From the NCBI GenBank assembly GCA_963798085.1, contig CAWCRS010000007.1, forward strand, positions 800,001 through 864,000: a DNA stretch of 64,000 nt, given 5' to 3'. This document shows, in pieces, positions 48,756 to 59,830 of this stretch (positions are counted from its first letter, which is position 1; every line of letters begins with the position of its first letter). The DNA is from an uncultured Gemmatimonadales bacterium. Lineage in GTDB: Bacteria > Gemmatimonadota > Gemmatimonadetes > Longimicrobiales > RSA9. The translations under genes were made by a program, and so were the position numbers. The notes under the pieces were generated by a model. That model did not search any database. It was given only the letters and a program-made list of their open reading frames with translations, and was not told the DNA's origin.

Positions 48756-51700
48756 TGGCTACCAATAGTCTTCCGCAGCACACTTCCAACGTCGGTCTGA
48801 CGTTGGCGACGCTCGGTCGCGTGGCAGTGCAACTGTCACGCGACGCTGGCGATCCCGAGCTGATTCCGCTCGCCGGGAAGCAGCTCGGAATTATCGTCTA
48901 CCTCGCCTGCGCTCCGGGCCGCTCAGCTCACCGCGACCACCTCATTAATCAGCTCTGGGGAAACCTGCCGATGGAAAGAGGGCGGGAGCGGCTGCGCAGC
49001 ATGCTCACCGAGATCCGCGCGAAGATCGGCGAGGACTGCTTCGGGCCCCCCAAGAGCGACCCGCTCGTTCTCACGACACCGCTTCATTGTGACCGGGATG
49101 AACTCCTCGAAGCGTGGAAGGCAGGCGACTACAAGGCGGTTGTCGAGCTCTATGCGGGAGAGTTCCTCCCGCGACTCGATGGACTGAGCGCTGCGGGCTT
49201 TGCGCAATGGGTGGACGGTGAGCGCGAACACCTCCGCAGGATCTTCCTGCACGCCGGGCTGGAGCTCGTGCAGAGGGCGCTGCTGGCTTCGCGCCCGCGC
49301 GAGGCCTTGCAGATGGCCCGCCACGTGCGCGACCACGACGAGCTGGGCGAAGCCAGCTGGCGCGCGTTGCTGCAGGCTGTGATCGCCACTGGCGATCCGA
49401 TCGTCGCAGCAACGGAGGGCGAGAGGCTCCGCAGCCTGATCGAAGCCGGCGAGTTCGAACCGGAGCAGGCGACGCTGGATCTGCTGGATCGGGCCAGGAA
49501 CGTTCCCAATGTACCGAACGCGGAGCGCACCACCCGGCGCGAAACGGCTTTGGTCGCAGACCTCGTGGGACGTGAGACCGAGATCTCGAAGATACTGCGC
49601 CATTGGGACCATGCGCGCAGCACAAGTATGCGCTGTGTTCATGTCGTAGCGCCTGCCGGCCTCGGTAAGACCCGCCTCCTGAATGATCTGCGCGCCCGCC
49701 TCCACGCCGTCCACGCAGACAACGAGCGTGTGCGGACGGTCTACGCACGCGCACATCATGGTGCACGCGAATTCCCGTATGCTCTCGTCGGCGATCTGGC
49801 GAGAGGCCTGGTCGAACGCCGCGCGCGCATTTCCGAAAAACTGCGTACGCCCGAGATCCCGGAATGGGCCAGCCGCGCACTCGTTGCGCTGAATCCCACA
49901 CTGTCCGAGTTCTATCCGACAAGAACCGCGGAGCTTCCGACCGGCGACGACTTCCGCCGACACGTCGTACCGGCGCTCCACGAGCTCATCAAGGCGGTGG
50001 TCGTCGAGGGTTCGCTCGCCATTCTCCTGGACGACCTGCACTGGAGCCACGTCGAATCACGACGCCTCCTCGCCGCAGTTTTCGCCAGAACGGACAGGCT
50101 GCGTGTGCTGGTTGTGTCTGCCAGTCGCACGGGAGGTGACTGTCTATGCGCTGCGGACATCTCGGAAACACTGACGCTGGGATCCTTGACCGTCGACTCC
50201 GTCGCCGAGCTGCTTGCCAGTCTCGCGTCGCTGCCGGATCCCCCCTGGGACCGCCAGCTGCCCCACGCCCTTCATGAGTCGACCGCCGGCTCGCCGCTCC
50301 TGGTGCTCGAGACGCTGCACCTCCTCATGGAGCAGGAGCTGCTGGTTCATTCACGTGCGGGCTGGACCGTGGTTGACGCCCGATCGTTGTCCGAAGGCCT
50401 CACGAGCGGGAGTGCGCTGCGACGCCGCGTGCACAGCCTGGGTGTCGGGGAACGTCGCGTGCTGCTTGTGCTGGCGGTGTGCGGTGTGGCCCTCCCGGAA
50501 TCCACGGTCGCAAGTGCGACTGGTCGCACCGCCGCGGAACTGCGGCCCGTCCTTTCTTCGCTCGAAGAGCGTGGCCTGGTGATTCAACGCAACGACGAGT
50601 GGACGCCGGGTCACGATGAGCATGCAGCAGCCGTGCTCGACCATGAGTCGGTTCCGGCACAACGGCGCGCCGCAGCCGATGCCGGGCGTGCCATCGCGGA
50701 AACAGCTGGAGAAAGTGTGGCTCGCCTGCGCCTCGCAGCGCCGCTGCTGGCGCAGGGCGGGGCTCAGGAGTTCCCGGTGCTCGCTCGCGCATTCGAGCAG
50801 ATTGTGCGCGCACAGCGACTGGCACGGGACCGCCGCTCTGATACCGCGTTAGCCCGCGAAGTTCTCGGCAGTCAGTCGAATGAAACCCTCGCCACTGCGC
50901 TCGCTGGCTCGCTGCCATGGTGGGTGCGGGCCCGCTTGGTTTCTGCCGGCCGCGTAGCGGTGGTGATCGGCGTCCTACTGTTCATTGCGACGACCCTAGC
51001 GGCGTGGCTGCTGCGGCCACTCCCCCGGCCTCCGACCGCCGTGCTTGCCGCGTACTGGCCCAGCGACGACGGCAAGACGGACAACGTCGTCGAAATCCCT
51101 GTCCAGGAATCGGAGTGGAGGCTGGCGCCGATCGAGGTTGACGTCAAACGCACGCGTCGGCGTCAAGTCGCCGCCGCCGCTCTTGGCGTCTGGGGATTAC
51201 GGCCTGACGGACAGGGCTGGATCGGTGAAAGGCCCGTTCCGCCACCGGACAGCGGCGAACTCTCGATCTTCGACCTGCCATTCAACGGAGAAGCACGACG
51301 GTTGACATTCGGACCCGGGGATGACTCCGGGCCATCCTTTTCGCCCGACGGCAGCCAGTTCGCATTCGCAACAAGCCAATGGAAAAGGAGCGAGCGTTAC
51401 GACCTGGCCGTTGAGGAGGTGCTCACGGGACGCGTGCGCCAGTTGACGAGAGACGAAGACGGTGAAGCAGGACCCAGATGGAGTCCGGACGGGTCACGCA
51501 TTGCTTTCATGAAGCGCTTCTGGCACGGGCAACGCGCCGTTTGCGTCACGGACACGGACGGCACCGGAACGCGTTGTCTGGAACCCGGCCAGGGACCCGC
51601 TGCTAGCATCTATGGCTGGATAGACGAACAACACCTGCTGATACAGATCGAACCTCACGGACAACGTCATCTGAGCATCCTCGACCTGACCACAGGCACC

Positions 51701-52887
51701 GACAGCGTTCTTTCACAGCCAGGCGGTAATCTGAGTCTCTCTCCGGATGGTCGGTGGGTGCTATGTCAATGCGGCGAAACAGTCGATCCTGCCGAGTCGT
51801 GGATCCTGTATCGACTCGACCGGCCGAACGACTCCCGCCGCCTGCGAGTGGTTGGAAGCAGGAAGCCGGAGCTGGTGAGTTTCACGTGGTCTCCCCGGTC
51901 GCCTCGCAGACACTATCTCGCGCAAATGAACCTCTTGTCAGCCCCGGGAGAGCCGATCGTCGGCATTCCGTACCAACTTCGTGTTGCGACTCTCGATCAG
52001 TCGGGATCCGCGATCGACCCCGGCGTGATCCGTTGGCGGTCGGTGGACACGACCATCGCGACAATCGACGCGTCTGGAATGCTCACGGCGCGTCGGGCGG
52101 GTCGCGCGCAGATCGAGGCGTCTGCAGGGGGTTGGCGGACCCGCACCACTACCCTGCCGTGCACGAGTCTGAGGACAAGACACTTTTCGAGGAGGACTGG
52201 ACGCACGGACTCTCGAGCTGGGTCAGTTTCGGGGATCCAACGCCCGACATCGTCCGGGATGGCACCTTCGGCTCTGCCTTCCACAACAATGGCGACAGCA
52301 ACTACTTCAGCGGCGCGTACACGGCGCAGTCGTTCGCCACGAACCAGGGACTATGGGTGGAGGCCGAAATCTCGCAGCCCCTCACGTCTGCGGCCTTCCA
52401 GGATCAGAAGCTGGTCCTGGCCGGCAATTCGGATTCGCTCAGCCGTGCTTCGTGGGATCACGTTTCGGGCGACCTGCGCCAGCTAACGCCGAGTTGCTAC
52501 CTGCAGTATCCCAGGGGAGAAGGCCTGCGCTTCGCCGAAACCATTCAGGCGAACGGAACGTTGTTGCCGGCGCCGGCCAGACTGGGTAGCGGGCAGCCGT
52601 ACCACGCCCTGGTCCAGATCTTCCCCGACGGCCGCTGCGGGTTCGCGATCGATGGCAGGCCGCTCTGGATAAGCGAGCCTGTGTTCACCGAGTCGGCCGC
52701 TCTGGTCTGGCTGCAGGGCAGGAGCGTGGGCGCGCGCGTCCTCGTCGGTCATCTTGCAGTCCACTCCGGAATCGCGACGCACGTCGCATGGTTCGACACC
52801 CCGTCGATTTCCGGCTGTCGAACATCAAGCGGCGCTTCCCGGACACCCTGCCACGATCCTCCACAACGCAAGAAGGCGCCGGACTGA
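48755..52887 (+). CDS. Membrane-spanning SARP-wHTH/BTAD + STAND (AAA_16-like) ATPase with PD40 propeller, Big_2 and C-terminal beta-sandwich; frameshift near 52150
   Basis: RDHLINQLWG, LYAGEFL..FAQWVDGER (BTAD); LVGRETE, APAGLGKT, LLDDLHW, GSPLLV; TM VAVVIGVLLFIATTLAAWLL; SFSPDG, WSPDG and LSPDG repeats; WRSVDTTIATIDASG; continues as LFEEDW... to 52887. Confidence 0.85.
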
Positions 52888-53007
52888 ATCGGTTGCTGCA
52901 GCCGGCGTGCACCGGCTGCCTGCACCGTGCACTCGATCGGATACTCAGTGTGATCCCGAGCGCCCGCTAACCAGAAGCGGCGCCCCAGCGGCGCCACGCC
53001 GATCCTT

Positions 53008-53096
53008 CAGCCCCAGAGCCCGAGCCCCAGAAACGAATTGGCCGTTTCCGTAAGAAGGCCGTTCCCAGCAACCAGCCCGAGCCCCAGCCCCAGAAC
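53008..53096 (+). repeat. Partial copy of the CCAGCAACCAGCCC repeat family
   Basis: GCCGTTCCCAGCAACCAGCCCGAGCCCCAGCCCCAGAAC at 53058-53096. Confidence 0.75.
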
Positions 53097-53234
53097 CGCT
53101 GCCGCAGGCAGTACAGATCTTGCGTCTCCCGATCCCACCCCACGTTCCCGCCGCGACGCTGCGCGGGAGGCGCCTGCTGGTGCCCCCGGCCCGGCGCCGC
53201 ACCCGTCACCGATTCAACCTCGCAGGGGATCCCG

Positions 53235-53936
53235 ATGAAGGCACGAATCGCTGCCGCGGCGCTGGTCGCGGTCCTGGTCGGCGTGCAGCCGCTGGTTGCG
53301 CAGCGCCGCCAGGATCCGCCGCCCCAGAAGCTGCCCGGCCAGGCACAGGTGGCGAGGGCGCAAGCCGCACGCGCGGACAGCCTGAAACGCGACAGCGTGA
53401 AAGCGCTCACGCCCGCGAAGAACGCGCGGCAACAGGCGAGCGGAACCGGCAGCGGCATGGCGCTGTCCGGCGGCGCGGGCATCGGCTGGACCCGACCCGC
53501 CTGCGACTTCTGCCGTCGCCACCTGGACGCCGGGCCCGCACTCTATCTGCAGATGACCAGCCAGGTGAATCCGCGGCTGGCACTGGGCGCCGAGGCAGAC
53601 CTCTGGGCGCGCGATAACGAGGTGTTTGTGCTGAACGGCGCGCTCAGCTTCGTGGCACAGCTGCGCAAGCATCCCGAAAGCCCCTTCTTCCTCAAGGGCG
53701 GCATCGGCTACATGACCTATCGCGCCTACGATGACAGCGGTGACCTGGTCTCCAACATGCCCGCCATTCAGATGGGCGCGGGCTATCGTTTCATGCTGTC
53801 CAGCGGCTTCGCCATCAACAACTACGCAACCCTGTTCGCTGCACGCTTCGGCAAGCTGCGTGAGGATGGCGACGTGGTGGTCGACAATTTCGGCGTCATG
53901 TCGCTGCAGCTGGGTCTCGGCGTCACCCGCTTCTGA
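53235..53936 (+). CDS. Small outer-membrane beta-barrel with a CxxC loop
   Basis: Signal peptide, CDFCRRH, beta-strand pattern, terminal Phe (LGLGVTRF). Confidence 0.7.
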   Translation: MKARIAAAALVAVLVGVQPLVAQRRQDPPPQKLPGQAQVARAQAARADSLKRDSVKALTPAKNARQQASGTGSGMALSGGAGIGWTRPACDFCRRHLDAGPALYLQMTSQVNPRLALGAEADLWARDNEVFVLNGALSFVAQLRKHPESPFFLKGGIGYMTYRAYDDSGDLVSNMPAIQMGAGYRFMLSSGFAINNYATLFAARFGKLREDGDVVVDNFGVMSLQLGLGVTRF

Positions 53937-54009
53937 CGCCGGCACGGTGGGGAAGGACCCCGCAAAAAGTAGGGCATCCGACTACAGAATTCGCGCGGGA
54001 GGAGAAATC

Positions 54010-55303
54010 ATGAACGCGAAGTGCGTAATTCCCACGGTGCGCAGCGTCCGCCGGAGGGCTGTCGACGCGATCCTGACAGGCGGCGCCATTGTCGCCTGCA
54101 TCACGGCGTGCCAGAACGATCCCCTGTACTCGAATCCGGGCGATGCGAAAGGCTTCAGCGCAGCCTATGGCATCCGGACGCCCGGCCCCAACGACACCTG
54201 CATCCCGGAGATCCACCACAAGTATTCGGTGGTGGGTCCCGACGGCCTGCTCTATCCGACGTGGCACCCACCCATCGATCCGGCGACGGGCTGCCAGTTC
54301 GGCCACGAGCACGGCCGCGATCCGCGCGGCTCCGACCTCTACCAGCAGGTCGGGCCGATTCCCTTCGGTTACGCCAACCAGAAGCTGGATGAGTACGACC
54401 CGCTACACCTCGCGCCACGAAGATCATTTCGGCCACAAGGTCGAGTGGGAGAACGATGTGAAGCTGCAGTTCGACGGCGCGGCCGGCGCGCGTGCTCGAG
54501 GTAACCTGCGATGTGCTGGCCAAGCTGCACCAGGGCACGCACTCGAAGGATGCCTTCACCAACAACCTGCACGAGCTGGTCTATCACATCCGCTGCACCG
54601 ACGGCACCGAGATGCACGTGACCCTGATGACGGCGATCGGTACTGCCGGCGAGTTCGTCTCCACGTGCGACGGCGCCACATCGTCGTGGGCACCCGCGAG
54701 CCCCGCGAACTCGCCCGAAGGCGGCGGCCAGCGCGTCATTCCGGACCGCAGCCTGCGTCGAAGCCAGCATCCTGCGCGTGGCCGCCGGGAAGCAACTCCG
54801 ACTTCAGCGGCGGCGCTGCACGAGAGCTGGGAGACGTCGAACAGGCGATTCGGACGGAAGGCGGCAAACCGTGGCCAGCTTCAATCCGTACTTCCAGGTG
54901 GATTTTCCCAGCCGCTTCTACGATCCGACGGTGCCCGACATCGTGGGCCGGCCCATCGATCTCTGCTACGAGACGCGGCCAACGGCGACAAGGCAAGAGG
55001 CGGCATGTGCCGCGAGTCCACCGGCAACGGCACGCATGCCGGGCGTCACCTACGATGACCCGCGCTCCGGATTCAACGGCGTGCGACCGCTTCGTCGACA
55101 TCAATTCCAACCACATCAACAACGACGATGGTCCCCAGGTCTGGTACACCGATCCGTTCGGCAAACACGCGCGTACCACACCCTTCATCGGCTCCATCAA
55201 GCAGATCATTGCGGTGATCGACAATGGCGGCCGCGTCGGCGGCGGACCCGTGCTGGGTCGCGACCGCAACTACGGCGGGCCGGGCGTGCACGCGCCCAAC
55301 TGA
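54010..55303 (+). CDS. His/Cys-rich hypothetical lipoprotein, multiple frameshifts
   Basis: GGAGGAG RBS, lipobox ITAC; fragments across three frames: WHPP, CQFGHEHG, HEDHFGHK, KLHQGTHS, NLHELVYH, WYTDPFG...VHAPN. Confidence 0.7.
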
Positions 55304-55503
55304 GTTACGGCGGGGAACGCGCGCATATCCGGTCGGCGCGCGCCCCGACCCCATGGCGGCGTCGATCACGGCGGGAGCGCGCAATCACGTTGCGCGCTCC
55401 TGTCGCATCCGGATACTTGGCACGGGACGGCGGAAGCCCCAGTTTCCGCGGGTGTCCGGTTGCACCGGGAAGAGAACAGACAGCATGCGACACTGCGATT
55501 TCC

Positions 55504-56631
55504 GTGATCCACTCTAACCGACGGTTACAGGCGACGGCCGGCCTCCTGTGCTGGGCGCTGGCGGGCCTGCTCGCCAGTCCGGTGCCGGCCGGCGCGCTCA
55601 CGCGTGTGCTCCAGCTCACAGGGGATGCGCCCTTCGATGCCGGCAGTCCCTCGTACGTCGCCGTGCGCTGGCTCTGGTACCTCTCGCTGACCCTCGGTAT
55701 CGGCGCCGTTGCCTTCCGCTGCTGTGTGCTGCCGCGCGTCCGCCTGCCCGGGAGTCTGCGCACCGAGCTGTTGCTGCAGCTGGCGGCGCTGGGACGCGCG
55801 GCCGCGCTGTTCTCGCTGCTCGCCGGTGGCGTGCGTCTGCTTGCGCAGTCGTATGCCGTGCTGGGCGAAGTGAGCGGGGAAATAACCGTCCTGCTCACGG
55901 GCACGACCTGGGGCGGCGGCTGGTGGCTGCAGACCGTGTCCGCCGCATTCGCCTTCGTCGGCTTTCACCTCGCCGCGCGCCGCGTCCGCGGCGGCTGGCT
56001 GCTGGCCGCGCTCGCCACGCTGGCTGGCGCAGTGGCGCCCGCGTTCTCCGGACACGCCGTGGCCGCGCGACTCCAGCCATGGCCCATCGTGGCCGACACG
56101 CTGCACGTGCTCGGCGCCGGTGGCTGGATCGGCAGCCTGGGCGTACTGCTCATTGCTGCGCTGCCCGTGGCCATGCACGCGCGCTTCGATGATCTGCCGG
56201 ACACGGCCGGCCTTGCCGCCATCGATCCCGGCCTGGACGCGGCGGCCGGCCTGGTGCGCGCCTTCTCCGCGCTCGCGCTCAGCTGCGTCGCCGTGCTCCT
56301 GCTGACAGGCGTGTTCGCAGGCTGGCTGCACATCGGCTCCTTCGCAGCGCTGCTGCACAGCGCCTACGGAAAGGTGCTGATGCTCAAGCTGGCGGCTCTT
56401 CTGCCGGCACTCACGCTGGGTGCGTACAACTTCCGCCGCCTGCAGCCCGTCATGCACCGGCCGGGTACTGCGCAGCGCCTGCAGCGCTCGGCGCGCGTCG
56501 AGTTGAGCTGCGCCGTGCTCGTGCTGCTGCTCACGGCCGTGCTGGTGGCCACGCCGCAGCCCGCCGACGCTGCCATGAGCGCGGCAGTGCCGGCGGCGCC
56601 GGCGGTAGCGCCCGGGTCCGGCCCGGGCTGA
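55504..56631 (+). CDS. CopD family copper resistance/uptake membrane protein
   Basis: SGHAVA, DTLHVLGAGGWIGSL, RAFS, LLTG, YGKVLMLKL; start uncertain. Confidence 0.82.
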   Translation: MIHSNRRLQATAGLLCWALAGLLASPVPAGALTRVLQLTGDAPFDAGSPSYVAVRWLWYLSLTLGIGAVAFRCCVLPRVRLPGSLRTELLLQLAALGRAAALFSLLAGGVRLLAQSYAVLGEVSGEITVLLTGTTWGGGWWLQTVSAAFAFVGFHLAARRVRGGWLLAALATLAGAVAPAFSGHAVAARLQPWPIVADTLHVLGAGGWIGSLGVLLIAALPVAMHARFDDLPDTAGLAAIDPGLDAAAGLVRAFSALALSCVAVLLLTGVFAGWLHIGSFAALLHSAYGKVLMLKLAALLPALTLGAYNFRRLQPVMHRPGTAQRLQRSARVELSCAVLVLLLTAVLVATPQPADAAMSAAVPAAPAVAPGSGPG

Positions 56632-56652
56632 CGGCGCGTCCGTGGCGGGGCC

Positions 56653-56693
56653 TTGCGTTGTAGTCGAGCGCACCCTATCATACAAACGTATGA
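56653..56693 (+). promoter_or_regulatory. sigma70 promoter with overlapping palindromic TetR operator (leaderless mRNA)
   Basis: TTGCGT-17 bp-TATCAT; TCATAC-AAAC-GTATGA palindrome at 56678-56693 includes the ATG; no RBS. Confidence 0.65.
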
Positions 56694-57436
56694 ATCAGAA
56701 CACCCGCGACCGCCTCATCAGCGCCGCACGCCGCATCTTCGCCGACAAAGGCTTCGACGCCGCTTCCGTGCGCGAGATCACACGCGCCGCCAACGCCAAT
56801 CTGGGCGCCATCACGTACCACTTCGGCTCCAAGCAGGGTCTCTACGACGCCGTGATCGAGGGCACGTTCGGCGCGGTGACGCAGCGCCTCGGCCTGTCCA
56901 TGGCCGCTGCTCCCACGGCCGAGGCCGCGCGCGGCGCGGGTCAACGCCGGGCACAGCGCACGCGCGCGGCGCAACCGGGCAACGGTGGCGCGCCGGCGCG
57001 CAGCACCCCGGCAGGCGGGCGCGCCACAGCGCCGGCCGCGCTGCCGGCCGAGCCGCTGGCGCGGATACAGGCCATCGTGGCCGTGGTGTTCGCGCACATC
57101 GCCGCTAACACGGATTTACCACTGCTCGTGCTGCAGCAGGCGGTCAGCCGCGGCGCGCTGCCGGAACCCGCGCAGCGTGGCCTGGGTGCGCTGCTGGGGG
57201 CGTTGTCCGAAGCCGTGCGTGCGGGCCAGGCGCAGGGCACCATCCGCGCCGGCGACCCGCGTCTCATGGCGCTCAGCGCAATGGCACAGCCCGTCTATTT
57301 CACGCTCGTGCGCAGACTGGCGCCCGACCGCCTGCTCGGGGGCGGCCGCGCCATGCCCACACCGGAAGTGATGGCGCGCCATGCCATCGAGTTTCTGCGC
57401 TGCGGGCTTTCCAGTGGTGGGGAAGGAGACCGATGA
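56690..57436 (+). CDS. TetR/AcrR family regulator (CecR-like context)
   Basis: FADKGFDAASVREITRAANANLGAITYHFGSKQGLY. Confidence 0.92.
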   Translation: MNQNTRDRLISAARRIFADKGFDAASVREITRAANANLGAITYHFGSKQGLYDAVIEGTFGAVTQRLGLSMAAAPTAEAARGAGQRRAQRTRAAQPGNGGAPARSTPAGGRATAPAALPAEPLARIQAIVAVVFAHIAANTDLPLLVLQQAVSRGALPEPAQRGLGALLGALSEAVRAGQAQGTIRAGDPRLMALSAMAQPVYFTLVRRLAPDRLLGGGRAMPTPEVMARHAIEFLRCGLSSGGEGDR

Positions 57437-58831
57437 ACAGACTGGTATTGTGCCGCGTCACCGCATGCGCAGCGCTGCTGCTGGCCGGCGGCACGCCGCA
57501 CGCCGCACGTGCGCAGGTCGCGGCGGCGCCGCCCGCGGCCCCGGGCGTCGCGTCGCCTGTCGATTCTGCACGCCTGCCGCTGTTCGACGCCGTGCAGCGC
57601 GCGCTGGCGCAATACCCGGCGACGGCGGCGGCGCGCGCGGAACACGATCGGGCCACCGCAGTGGCTGCCGAAGCAAAAGCCGCGCGCTGGCCGCGGCTGT
57701 CCATCGACGGCGCGACGACGCAATTCCAGGAGCCAATGATCGTGGCGCCGCTGCACGGTTTCGACGTTCGCACACCGCCGCAATTCGAGCGCACGCTCGT
57801 GCAGGGTCACGCCACCGCCAGCTGGCCGTGTTCGACGGCGGCGCACGCGGTGCGCGCATTGATCGCGCGTCCGATCTGGTGGATGTGGCGGCCGCCGCGG
57901 AGGCGGTGACGCGCGCGGTGCTCATCGAGCGCGTGGTGCGCAGCTACCTGGCGGTCCGTTCCGCGCGCGAGCAGCTGGCGGCGCATCGCGTACAGGTGGC
58001 CACACTGGAGTCGGAGCACGGCGGGCGCAGCGCATGCTCCGGCGGGCAGCGTACCACGTGTCGACGTGCTCGCGCAGAGGCCGCGTTGAGCCGCGCGCAG
58101 GCCGATGATGCCGCCGCCGCGGCTACGGTGCGGCAGTCGGAGGCGGACCTGGCGCGGCTGGTCGGCTCGGATGATCGATTCGTTTCTGCCGCCAGTTCGA
58201 AGCCGATGCACGCACAGTAAGGTGCCGCCGTGCCCGATCGCGCCGTGCTGATCGAGCGGCCGAGCGATCCAACCCGGCGTTAGTCGGGCGCGCGGCCAGC
58301 TGGCGGCGGCGCAGGCGGGACAGGACGAGGCGCGCGCGGCCTGGTGGCCCGACGTCGGCGCGGCCGGCGGCTACAACGCTTTCGGCAGCACGGCCGGCGA
58401 CTACGTGACCGAGTGGCAGGCCGCACTGCAGGTGTCCTGGCCGCTGTTCACAGGCGGGGCGCGGCGCGCGGCCGCGCGCGTGCGGCCGCCGATGCGGATG
58501 GCGCGCAGCAGGCGGTGCGTCAGGCACAGCTGGATGTCGCGGCGGACGTGGATCGCGCGCTCGCATCGGTGCCCAGGCCAGCGCGCAGGTGATGGCGCTG
58601 ACATCCGCGGTGCAGCAGTTCGCGGCCGTGCTGGATGTCGAGACGCTCTCGGTGAACACGGGCGCTGGTGTGCAGACGGATTATCTGCGCGCGGTTTCGG
58701 ATCTGCTCGAAGCGCGCGCCGCATTGTCACAGGCGATCGCCGCGGAAGCTTCCGCACGCGTGGCGCTGGCGCGCGCCACCGGCGAACTGACGCCGGAATG
58801 GCTGGCGCGCAATCTGGAGGTGGGCCAATGA
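57433..58831 (+). CDS. TolC family outer-membrane efflux protein, several frameshifts
   Basis: Signal peptide, ARWPRLS, QVSWPLFTGG, terminal DLLEARAAL...ALARATG; spread across frames. Confidence 0.8.
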
Positions 58832-59830
58832 GTCGGCGACTGCTGCTGCTCGTGCCGCTGCTGCTCGTAGTGGGCGCGCTCGGCTTTTTTCTGGTGAAAC
58901 GCAATGGTGCGACGGCGGCGGGCCTGGCCGCGTCCGGCACGGTCGAAGCGACCGAAGCCGACATGGGTTTCCAGGCTTCGGGGCGCATCGTGTCGATCAG
59001 TGTGCACGAAGGCGATCGTGTCACGGCGGGCGAGGAGCTGGGCCGGCTGGATGACACGGAGATGCAGGCGCGTCTGCAGGCGATGCGGGCGCAGGTGAAC
59101 GCAGTGAAGGCGCAGCTCAGCGAGCTGGAGCGTGGCCCCCGCGCGGAGGAGATCGCACAGGCGAGGGCCGCGGCAGCCGCCGCGCAGAGCCGGCTGGCGG
59201 ATGCGAACCGCGAACTCGAGCGTGCGCAGACGCTGTTCAATGGCGGCGCCATCAGTCGCGAAGCACTGGACCGCGCCGGCACCGCGGCGCAGGTGGCGAG
59301 CGCGCAGTACGACCAGGCGAGGGAATCGCTGGCCCAGATGGAGAGCGGCACGCGGCCCGAGCGCATCGCCGGGGCACGCGCCGCGGTGCAGCAGGCGGAA
59401 GCCGGCGTGCAGCAGATCGCGGCGACGCTGGCCAACATGAAGCTGACGGCGCCCTTCGCCGGTGTGGTCACCGTGCGTCATCGCGAGCCGGGCGAGGTGG
59501 TTTCCGCGGGGTTGCCCGTGGTCACCATCATGAACCCGGCCGACCGCTGGGTGCGCATCTACGTGCCCGAGACGGCGGTGGGCCGCATCGCCATCGGCGC
59601 AAAAGCCGCCATCACCTCGGACACCGACCCGGCGCATCCGCAGGAGGGCGAAGTCACGTTCATCGCCAGCGAAGCGGAGTTCACACCGCGCAACGTGCAG
59701 ACGGCGGAAGAGCGCGTGAAGCTCGTGTACGCGGTGAAAGTGCGCATCAAGGGTGATCCTCAACTGCAGACTGAAGCCCGGCATGCCCGCGGATGTGAGG
59801 CTCGATTCGGCGGTGGTGAGGCAGGACTGA
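58828..59830 (+). CDS. HlyD/YbhG-like membrane fusion protein (frameshift near 59770)
   Basis: SGTVEATE, LTAPFAG, IASEAEFTPRNVQT, LKPGMPADV. Confidence 0.9.

Noticed and set aside
40740..49085. Diversity-generating retroelement TR/VR pair
   Set aside because: Differences between the copies are mainly deletions, not adenine-specific substitutions; the repeat is at a gene 5' end; no reverse transcriptase is present.
48755..52486. Avs-type antiphage STAND system
   Set aside because: The N-terminus is a DNA-binding SARP/BTAD module, not a nuclease, TIR or SIR2 effector, and the sensor lies beyond a TM helix; a defence role is unsupported though not excluded.
39450..52900. Prophage or integrative element
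   Set aside because: No integrase, phage structural genes, conjugation genes, tRNA or att repeats were recognised.
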